Shown: piece after piece, positions 1 to 6,615 of the stretch | How positions within the stretch are numbered: the stretch's first letter is position 1 | Layout: each line of letters opens with the position of its first letter | DNA from: a bacterium | Lineage (GTDB): Bacteria; UBA6262; WVXT01 | DNA: 12,383 nt | Direction of reading: 5' to 3' | Assembly (NCBI GenBank): GCA_046759165.1 | Contig: JBHIBS010000043.1 | Span: forward strand, 1 to 12,383 | Position numbers and translations under genes: made by a program | Notes under the pieces: model-generated | The model's input: the letters and a program-made list of their open reading frames with translations, nothing else | Database searches by the model: none | Told to the model about the DNA's origin: nothing

Positions 1-471
1 GAAGCACTTAGCTCTCTAGATGTCGATTTCATAATTGTGGAAGGTTTCAAGGAGAAAAAGAGCTTTCCCAAAATTATATGTTTAAGAGAAAAGGGCAAAG
101 AGAAGAAACTTTCTGATGGACTGGAGATTGCACTGGTGGGTAAAGGAAATTTTGATCCTGATAGAGACATTTCCACCATAGCAGACTTGGTAGTAGAGAA
201 AGCATTCAAGTTGCCAAACCTGGACTGTGGAGATTGCGGATTTAATAGTTGCTATGAGCTAGCAAGAGAGATCCTGAAAGATAAAAGGAAAGTGAGTGAC
301 TGTACTCATCTGGGTCGAGATATAGAAGTGCAGGTGGCTGGAGAGCCAATGGAACTCAATCCCTTTGTATCTGACATTTTGCGCAAGACAATAAAGGGAT
401 TTCTCTCTGGTTTGAGAGGTTTCAGGAAAGGGAAAATTAGAATTAAAATTGGGGATGGAGAAGACCAATGA
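1..471 (+). CDS. mobB: Molybdopterin-guanine dinucleotide biosynthesis protein MobB with C-terminal putative Fe-S domain (5'-truncated)
   Basis: Frame 1 is open from base 1 (EALSSLDVDFIIVEGFK); D-x4-VEGFK is typical of MobB. It is followed by a CxxCxxxxC...C cluster (DCGDCGFNSC...SDC). The stop overlaps the next ATG (ATGA). Confidence 0.75.
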   Translation, partial: EALSSLDVDFIIVEGFKEKKSFPKIICLREKGKEKKLSDGLEIALVGKGNFDPDRDISTIADLVVEKAFKLPNLDCGDCGFNSCYELAREILKDKRKVSDCTHLGRDIEVQVAGEPMELNPFVSDILRKTIKGFLSGLRGFRKGKIRIKIGDGEDQ

Positions 472-1409
472 GGGCGAAAGAAGTTACCGGCTATATATAC
501 GGTCCAGTTCCCTCCTGGCGATTGGGGAGGTCGTTGGGCATTGATATTATACCCTTTAAGATTTGTAGTTTCAATTGTATTTATTGTGAGACAGGGAGGA
601 CAACTAACCTTACTGTAGAGAGAAAGGAGTATGTCTCTAAGGATTTGGTTGTTGAAGAATTGAAAGCTTTTTTGTTAAAAAGGAAGAATATCGACTATAT
701 TACTTTCTCTGGTTCAGGTGAGCCCACCTTAAATTCTAAGATTGGTGAAATGGTCAATGAAGTAAAAAAGCTCACAGACGTTCCTGTGGCTATATTGACC
801 AATAGCTCTCTTCTTAATAGAGAAGAAGTGCGTCGGGAATTGAGGAAGGCGGATGTCGTTCTTCCTTCTCTGGACGTGGTAAGCCAATCTCTCTTTGAAT
901 CACTCAATCGGCCGCATCCATCTTTGAAGGTAGAGGAAATAATTGAGGGATTAATTGAGTTTAGAAAAGAATTCAAAAATAAAATCTGGTTAGAAGTATT
1001 GCTGGTTAAAGGGATTAACGACGGTCCGGAAGACATTCATAAATTGGCAGAAGTTATAGAAAAGATGGAACCGGACAAGATACAACTGAATACTGTGGTC
1101 CGTCCTCCAGCAGAAGAAGAGGTTTTTGCCCTAAGTCAAAAACAGCTCTGCTCCGTCCAGAGGAAACTCCCAGGGAAAGTGGAGGTGGTTAGAAAATTCA
1201 GGAAAGTCTTAAAGGGAGAACATATAGAAAAACTGGAAACCGATATCAAGAATCTTCTTAAGAGAAGACCCTGCACGCTTAGCGATATTTCGTATGCTTT
1301 GAGGGTTAATCCCAAAGAGGTGATGGAAAACCTGACCATTCTGGAAAGGCATGCGGAGATAAAGGCGGAGCTACATAATAAAAAGAGATACTATATTTCC
1401 ATTCGATAG
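468..1409 (+). CDS. Radical SAM Fe-S oxidoreductase (COG0731-like), function unknown
   Basis: CxxxCxxC (CSFNCIYC), N-terminal YGPVPSWRLGRSLGID motif and SGSGEPTL; 313 aa. Confidence 0.85.
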   Translation: MRAKEVTGYIYGPVPSWRLGRSLGIDIIPFKICSFNCIYCETGRTTNLTVERKEYVSKDLVVEELKAFLLKRKNIDYITFSGSGEPTLNSKIGEMVNEVKKLTDVPVAILTNSSLLNREEVRRELRKADVVLPSLDVVSQSLFESLNRPHPSLKVEEIIEGLIEFRKEFKNKIWLEVLLVKGINDGPEDIHKLAEVIEKMEPDKIQLNTVVRPPAEEEVFALSQKQLCSVQRKLPGKVEVVRKFRKVLKGEHIEKLETDIKNLLKRRPCTLSDISYALRVNPKEVMENLTILERHAEIKAELHNKKRYYISIR

Positions 1410-1501
1410 AGCAAGCGCGGTGAGGGAATGCATCATAGAAAATTAACATAGTGACAGAGCTAACAGGTGACGCTGTTAACAGTGTCCAGCAGGGTAGAGA
1501 A

Positions 1502-2263
1502 GTGTATCCAGTACTTTTTAAGTTGGGGCCCTTCACTATTTATACATATGGATTAATGGTAGCAATTGGGTGTCTTGTCGGCTTCTTTTATATTCGGGGA
1601 GAGGCAAGGAGAAGAGCTGTCGATACCGATAAGATAATGAGTTTATTTCTCTGGGCCTTAATCTCTGGCTTTGTAGGAGCAAGGCTACTCTATATTTTTG
1701 TAGAATGGGAACGTTTCCTCAATGAACCTTTGAGAACGATTTTGGCCCGAGGAGGGTTCGTTTTCTACGGTGGATTTATTTTGGCTTTCGGAGTTGGCAT
1801 TTGGCAGACCAGAAGGAAAAGTTTAAATATTTGGAAGACTGCGGATATCTTTGCTCCGGGAGTTGCTATAGCCCATGCCATAAGTAGAATAGGCTGCTTT
1901 CTAAATGGTTGTTGTTATGGTGGTCCTACCGATTCCTGGTTGGGGGTTTCCTTTCCGCCAGAGAGTGCGGCGGGTTCTGTAGGACAACCTCTAATTCCGA
2001 TACAATTATTCTCTTCGTTGAATCTATTTATCATCTTCGCCGTTCTAGTCTCCTTAAGACCATACAAAAAATTTGATGGTCAATTATTCTGGCTATATGT
2101 TCTTCTCTATGGAGTGACTCGTTCTATAATTGAAATCTTTCGGGGCGATCCCAGAGGGCATATTTGGGTTTTTTCCACATCGCAACTTATTGGTATGATT
2201 TTTGCCATTTTATCACTCATAATGCTCGGGAAGTTGGGAAGAGAGAAAAAACAGAGATTGTAG
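1502..2263 (+). CDS. lgt: Prolipoprotein diacylglyceryl transferase (Lgt family, Cys-rich subtype)
   Basis: Multi-TM protein with YPVLFKLGPFTIYTYG, GARLLY, FYGG, RIGCFLNGCCYG and RSIIEIFRGD motifs. Start moved to GTG 1502 because the family N-terminus begins there; the ORF track starts at 1451. Confidence 0.85.
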   Translation: MYPVLFKLGPFTIYTYGLMVAIGCLVGFFYIRGEARRRAVDTDKIMSLFLWALISGFVGARLLYIFVEWERFLNEPLRTILARGGFVFYGGFILAFGVGIWQTRRKSLNIWKTADIFAPGVAIAHAISRIGCFLNGCCYGGPTDSWLGVSFPPESAAGSVGQPLIPIQLFSSLNLFIIFAVLVSLRPYKKFDGQLFWLYVLLYGVTRSIIEIFRGDPRGHIWVFSTSQLIGMIFAILSLIMLGKLGREKKQRL

Positions 2264-2270
2264 CTTGTAA

Positions 2271-2448
2271 ATAAGGAACCTTGTGCGGAAGGGGTGACAG
2301 AGAGCGAAGCGAACGCAATTAGGGGCGCCGGTCGCGACGAATAAGGAGCGACGACCGAACGGAGTGAGGGAAAGGCGCGGGCGCGAGTTGGTGAGCGCCC
2401 GGGGTTGAGTTTTCCCGTATTGAGCACAGGCAGATTCACATAAGGAGG
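2271..2448 (+). repeat. ~178-bp intergenic direct repeat, copy 1 (contains core element A1, 2325-2400)
   Basis: Aligns to 3251-3427 with about 14 differences by manual count (~92% identity). Confidence 0.95.
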
Positions 2449-2540
2449 GTCGCTGTTCCGACGAATAAGGAGGAACGAGCCAGCGACGCCTGCGAGTCGG
2501 TGAGCAGGCAGGTCACCGACTGGAGCGAAGCGAAAGGAGG
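2449..2540 (+). repeat. Two-hairpin structured element, B-type copy, ending in the ccdA ribosome-binding site
   Basis: Stems GTCGCT/AGCGAC, GTTCC/GGAAC (loop GACGAATAAGGA) and GCCTGC/GCAGGC (loop GAGTCGGTGA), then GAGCGAAGCGA-AAGGAGG. Homologous to 10949-11032 and 12256-12342. Confidence 0.9.
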
Positions 2541-2544
2541 TAGG

Positions 2545-3243
2545 GTGCTTCAACAAGTTTCACTGGTTATGGCCTTTTTTGCCGGGCTTTTGACGTTTCT
2601 TTCTCCCTGCATCTTACCGCTGATACCTGCTTACGTCTCTTTTGTTACCGGGGTGTCCATTGATGATTTAGTGAGTGGCAGAGGAGAAAAAGGGAAGATT
2701 ACCGCGAGAATTCTTTTAGAAATAGTGCTATTCATTTTTGGCTTCTCTTTAGTTTTCGTCTTGCTGGGAGCTTCAGCTTCCTACTTTGGGAGATTTGTGC
2801 TCTCACATCTGAATATTTTAAGAATTGTCGGTGGAATTTTAGTTATCCTGTTTGGCTTGTATATTGCTGGGATATTTAACATAAGTTTTTTCGGGCATGA
2901 GAGAAAGATTCATTTAAAGATGAAACCCACAAATATTTTTGGTTCTTTTATTGTGGGAATGGTTTTTGCTCTGGGCTGGACTCCCTGCGCCGGCCCTATT
3001 TTGGCATCAATACTTACCTATGCCGGCACCCAAGAGACTGTCAGCAAGGGAATCTTGCTTTTAGGTTCCTATTCTCTTGGATTGGGTATTCCCTTTCTGG
3101 TTTCGGGTCTCGCTGTTAATCTCTTTCTAAGGGGATTCCGTAGAATAAAGAGATACTCAAGGCTGATATCAACAGTAACTGGAGGGTTACTTATTGGATT
3201 TGGAATTCTAATTTTGACCGGCAAATTTCAATTCGTAATGTAA
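2545..3243 (+). CDS. ccdA: Cytochrome c biogenesis / DsbD-family transmembrane electron transporter CcdA
   Basis: Hydrophobic, about 6 TM segments, with two Pro-Cys motifs (FLSPCILPLIP and WTPCAGPIL). GTG 2545 follows AAGGAGG at 2534-2540. Confidence 0.92.
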   Translation: MLQQVSLVMAFFAGLLTFLSPCILPLIPAYVSFVTGVSIDDLVSGRGEKGKITARILLEIVLFIFGFSLVFVLLGASASYFGRFVLSHLNILRIVGGILVILFGLYIAGIFNISFFGHERKIHLKMKPTNIFGSFIVGMVFALGWTPCAGPILASILTYAGTQETVSKGILLLGSYSLGLGIPFLVSGLAVNLFLRGFRRIKRYSRLISTVTGGLLIGFGILILTGKFQFVM

Positions 3244-3250
3244 TTAATAG

Positions 3251-3427
3251 ATAAGAAACCTTTGCGGAAGGGGTGACAGAGAGCGAAGCGAACGCAATCA
3301 GGGGCGCCGGTCGCGACGAGTAAGGAGCGACGACCGAACGGAGTGAGGGAAAGGTGCGGGCGCGAGACGGTGAGCGCCCCGGGTCGAAGTTTCCCCTATT
3401 GAGCACAGGCTGATTCACATAAGGGGG
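3251..3427 (+). repeat. ~177-bp intergenic direct repeat, copy 2 (contains core element A2, 3304-3379), ending in the trxA RBS
   Basis: Near-identical to 2271-2448; ends ...CACATAAGGGGG, 4 nt before the trxA ATG. Confidence 0.95.
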
Positions 3428-3431
3428 AAAA

Positions 3432-3755
3432 ATGGAAATAGTGGTGAATGATGAAAATTTTGAGGATGAAGTTCTGAAATCAGAAGTGCCTGTTTTTGTG
3501 GATTTCTGGGCTGAATGGTGCGCGCCCTGTTTAATGGTTGCCCCAGTTATAGAAGAGATTTCCCAGAAATACGCAGACCGTTTGAAAGTGGGGAGACTTA
3601 ACGTAGACGAAAATCCTCTCACCAGTGCAAAATATGGGATTCGGAGCATTCCCACTTTCATAATCTTCAAGGATGGAAAAGTGCTCGGTCAGACTGTGGG
3701 CGCAATGCCCAGGGAAGCCTTAGAAGCGAAAATTGGAGAAATTCTGAATGAGTGA
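3432..3755 (+). CDS. trxA: Thioredoxin
   Basis: 107 aa with VDFWAEWCAPC active site and cis-Pro loop IRSIPT. Confidence 0.95.
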   Translation: MEIVVNDENFEDEVLKSEVPVFVDFWAEWCAPCLMVAPVIEEISQKYADRLKVGRLNVDENPLTSAKYGIRSIPTFIIFKDGKVLGQTVGAMPREALEAKIGEILNE

Positions 3756-4692
3756 GTATGATGTTATTGTGATTGGCGGTGGACCGGCAGGTTTGACTGC
3801 AGGTCTCTATACAGCCCGCTCGAAAGTGAGAACTTTGCTTCTGGAAAAGGTTGCTCCCGGAGGCCAGGCAGCAGTTGCTACGACAATAGAGAACTATCCA
3901 GGATTTCCGGAAGGGATTGAGGGATTTGAGTTGATGCAGAGGACCAGGAAGCAAGCTGAGAAATATGGACTGGAGATTAAAAGTAAGGAAGTTGTAAAGG
4001 TTAAGGTCTCTTCAAAAGATGAGCAGTCCAAAGGGAAACTGGAGAAAGTAGTTAACACAGAGCAAGAGGAGTACAAGACTGTAGCTTTAATTGTGGCTAC
4101 AGGGACAAGGCCGAGGAAATTGGGAGTCCCGGGTGAAGAGAGATTGATTGGTCGAGGGGTATCCTATTGCGCCACATGTGACGGACCCCTGTTTAAGAAT
4201 CGGAAAGTTGTTGTAGTGGGTGGCGGAGATACTGCAGTAGAAGAGGCACTATTTCTATCTAGGTTTGCAGAGAAGACCACTTTAATTCATCGCCGAGACA
4301 AGCTGCGGGCGACTAAAATTATCCAGGAGAGAGCGATTTCCAATCCAAAATTGGAATTTCTCTGGAAGTCAGTAGTGACTGAAATTTTTGGAGAAACTGA
4401 AGTGGAAGGTGTTAAAGTAAGAAATCTGGAAACGGGAAAAGATTTAACATTAGAAGCAAAGGGGGTTTTTGTGTACATAGGTACCCTCCCTAACACCGGG
4501 TTCCTGAAGGGTATTGTAGAGATGGACGAGAAAGGATTTATTATTACAGACGGAAATATGGAAACTTCAGTTAAAGGAATTTATGCTTGCGGAGATGTAA
4601 GGAAAAAAATATTGAGGCAGATAGTGACTGCCTGTGGTGATGGCGCAACCGCGGGTTTTGCTGCTGAACAGTATGTTGGGAAGTGGAAATAG
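3748..4692 (+). CDS. trxB: Thioredoxin reductase (NADPH, FAD)
   Basis: GGGPAG FAD motif, IENYPGF, SYCATCDG redox disulfide, GGGDTAVEEA and HRR NADPH motifs; overlaps the trxA stop. Confidence 0.97.
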   Translation: MSEYDVIVIGGGPAGLTAGLYTARSKVRTLLLEKVAPGGQAAVATTIENYPGFPEGIEGFELMQRTRKQAEKYGLEIKSKEVVKVKVSSKDEQSKGKLEKVVNTEQEEYKTVALIVATGTRPRKLGVPGEERLIGRGVSYCATCDGPLFKNRKVVVVGGGDTAVEEALFLSRFAEKTTLIHRRDKLRATKIIQERAISNPKLEFLWKSVVTEIFGETEVEGVKVRNLETGKDLTLEAKGVFVYIGTLPNTGFLKGIVEMDEKGFIITDGNMETSVKGIYACGDVRKKILRQIVTACGDGATAGFAAEQYVGKWK

Positions 4693-4742
4693 AAAAAGGA
4701 AATGTAGAATGTAGCTGTAGAGCGAAACTCTGCTTCGATGTA

Positions 4743-4797
4743 GGTAGTGTAGGGGCTTGTCCCCGTAAGAATTACGCCCATAAAGGGCTACACTACC
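4743..4797. repeat. GTAG-type REP-like cloverleaf palindrome
   Basis: GGTAGTGTAG (4743-4752) and CTACACTACC (4788-4797) are perfect inverted repeats enclosing three hairpins: GGGG/CCCC, CGTAA-GAA-TTACG and GCCC-ATAAA-GGGC. Confidence 0.65.
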
Positions 4798-4834
4798 CAC
4801 TTTGCTGCTACAAGCTTCAGAAAAGAGAGGAGAT

Positions 4835-5383
4835 ATGAAAAAAGCATTGCAAAAAGGGCTGATAATTTTTGCCCTTTTGGTTATCTGTAGTTCAGGCTGT
4901 GAGGTCAAGACAGAGAGAGAGGAGATAGGGAAACTCGAAGAGGAGATAAAAGCCGAGAAGGAGTGGGGAAATGCCCCAGATTTCACTCTTTCCAAGCTTG
5001 ACGGAAATAGTTTAACTCTTTCGGACTTTAAAGGAAAAGTGATTATTCTCAATTTTTGGGCCACCTGGTGTCCTCCTTGCCGAATGGAAATTCCAGATTT
5101 TGTAGAGCTTTATGAGAAATATAAAGATGAAGGCTTACTTATCATTGGGGTCAATCTGGACGGAGGAGACAGCCGTTCAGTTAAACAATTTTTGGAAAAG
5201 TATAAAATTAATTACCCTATAGTCCTTGGCAATGTTAAGGTCACCGAAGATTACGGAGGAATTAGAGCAATCCCCACTACTTTTGTTATTGATAGAAACG
5301 GCAATATCAGGGAGAAGTACGTCGGTTACCGGCCCAGAGCCACCTTCGAAGACCAGGCTAAAAAATTATTGGAAATTCCCTGA
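4835..5383 (+). CDS. TlpA/ResA-family thiol-disulfide oxidoreductase, probable lipoprotein
   Basis: Basic plus hydrophobic signal peptide ending SSGC (lipobox-like), APDFTL, NFWATWCPPC and IPTTFVID. GAGGAG lies upstream of ATG 4835. Confidence 0.9.
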   Translation: MKKALQKGLIIFALLVICSSGCEVKTEREEIGKLEEEIKAEKEWGNAPDFTLSKLDGNSLTLSDFKGKVIILNFWATWCPPCRMEIPDFVELYEKYKDEGLLIIGVNLDGGDSRSVKQFLEKYKINYPIVLGNVKVTEDYGGIRAIPTTFVIDRNGNIREKYVGYRPRATFEDQAKKLLEIP

Positions 5384-5410
5384 CAAGCATTCAAACAAAA
5401 GCTGTATAAT
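5380..5410 (+). promoter_or_regulatory. Possible sigma70-type promoter upstream of the NrdG-like gene
   Basis: CTGACA (5380-5385) and a perfect TATAAT (5405-5410). The 19-nt spacer is longer than optimal. Confidence 0.35.
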
Positions 5411-5414
5411 TGTG

Positions 5415-6128
5415 ATGAAAATTTTGATAAAGGGAATGATTGAAACTTCGTTCCTCGATTGGGATGGAAAGATCGTTTCCACTCTATATACGCCGTATTG
5501 TAATTTCAGATGTCCCTACTGTCAAAACTCAGGGCTGGTCCTGAATCCTGACCAATATGAGACAATTCCCTTGGAAATAATTTCAAATTTTCTGATAAGC
5601 CATCGAAATTGGATTGATGGAATATGTCTTACCGGCGGAGAACCCTGTTTCTTTGAAGATTTACCAGAATTTCTGAAAAAAATTCGCAATTTAGGAATGG
5701 AGATAAAGCTTGACACTAATGGCACTTTCCCAGAAATGTTGAAGAGAGTGATAGATATGGGACTAGTCAATTATGTGGCTATGGACATTAAAGCACCATT
5801 AACTTTTGACGCCTACAAGAAGTCAGTAAGGATAAACAGTAAGAAATTATTTGATAAGGTTAGAGAAAGCGTTAACTTAATGACCCATTCTGGAGTCGAT
5901 TACGAGTTCAGGACCACAGTGGTTCCCGGTCTCCACAGCAAGGAGGACATCTTGGAAATCGCACGGGAAATAGAGGGAACAAAGAAGTATGCCTTGCAGA
6001 ATTTTTCCAACCAAGAAACAATGGACCCCGAGTTCCAAAAAATAGTCCCTTACAAGATTGAAGAACTGGAAGAGATTCGCAAGCTCAGCCTTCAGTACGT
6101 TCAATGTTGTGTCGTTCGGGGAAAGTAG
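5415..6128 (+). CDS. nrdG: Anaerobic ribonucleoside-triphosphate reductase activating protein-like radical SAM enzyme (NrdG type)
   Basis: SFLDWDGK...CNFRCPYCQN, TGGEP, LDTNG, VAMDIKAP and YEFRTTVVP. Likely start is ATG 5415; the longer ORF-track start overlaps the upstream gene. Confidence 0.8.
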   Translation: MKILIKGMIETSFLDWDGKIVSTLYTPYCNFRCPYCQNSGLVLNPDQYETIPLEIISNFLISHRNWIDGICLTGGEPCFFEDLPEFLKKIRNLGMEIKLDTNGTFPEMLKRVIDMGLVNYVAMDIKAPLTFDAYKKSVRINSKKLFDKVRESVNLMTHSGVDYEFRTTVVPGLHSKEDILEIAREIEGTKKYALQNFSNQETMDPEFQKIVPYKIEELEEIRKLSLQYVQCCVVRGK

Positions 6129-6135
6129 AAATCAA

Positions 6136-6615
6136 ATGAAAGGGAATAAGATCGTTTCAATAAATAGAAGTGATAAGAAGGGCACTGTTAAAAAGCCTGT
6201 AAGAGAAGCAATCCTCAGGAGAAATTGGGGATTGATGAGGGATGCTCATGGCGGTTTGTCACATCGTCAGGTGAGCCTTTTAGGAATAGAAAATATTAGA
6301 AAGTTCGTTACTCGATTAGCAAAGCTCGAGCGCTCTAAGAATGTGAAGTTCAAGATTGGCCCAGGAGATTTTGCAGAGAATATTACCACTGGGGGCTTTG
6401 ACCTTAATGGCTTGCGTATTGGAACAAAGTTGAGGTTGGGAGATCGGGCTGTAATGGAGATTACTCAGCGGGGCAAAGAGTGCCACACCAAATGTGAAAT
6501 AAGGAAATTAATAGGAAATTGCATTATGCCCAAAGAAGGTCTATTTGCAAAGGTAATCTGTGGAGGAAAAATAAGGGTGGGAGACCCCATAGAAATTGAG
6601 GGGGAAGGATTATGA
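6136..6615 (+). CDS. MOSC domain-containing protein (Moco sulfurase C-terminal-like)
   Basis: DAH...RQVSLL, GDFAENITT, GKECHTKC, CIMPKEG and GKIRVGD motifs; ATG 6136 lies just after the upstream stop. Confidence 0.88.
   Translation: MKGNKIVSINRSDKKGTVKKPVREAILRRNWGLMRDAHGGLSHRQVSLLGIENIRKFVTRLAKLERSKNVKFKIGPGDFAENITTGGFDLNGLRIGTKLRLGDRAVMEITQRGKECHTKCEIRKLIGNCIMPKEGLFAKVICGGKIRVGDPIEIEGEGL

Noticed and set aside
2325-2540. Known self-cleaving ribozyme or riboswitch
   Set aside because: No hammerhead CUGANGA/GAAA core or other aptamer consensus recognised by eye. An Rfam search is still needed.
2500-2544. N-terminal extensions in the ORF track (ccdA from 2500, amidohydrolase from 10988, NrdG-like from 5226, MOSC from 6058, TlpA from 4802)
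   Set aside because: They run through repeats or upstream genes. Family N-termini and RBS positions support the later starts.
2107-2556. Minus-strand ORFs 2107-2556, 3191-3670 and 10752-11177 sharing the peptide FPSLRSVVAPYSSRPAPL
   Set aside because: The shared peptide is the antisense translation of the repeat. The ORFs overlap real genes and have no protein-family features.
2264-3431. Integron attC sites flanking ccdA
   Set aside because: No RYYYAAC...GTTRRRY core ends, the fold is multi-branched rather than a single bottom-strand hairpin, the genes are housekeeping type and there is no integrase.
3513-3530. Non-canonical thioredoxin active site WCAPC
   Set aside because: A common natural variant of WCGPC; not notable.
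5399-5414. NrdR box upstream of the NrdG-like gene
   Set aside because: Poor match to the palindromic NrdR consensus; better explained as a -10 element.
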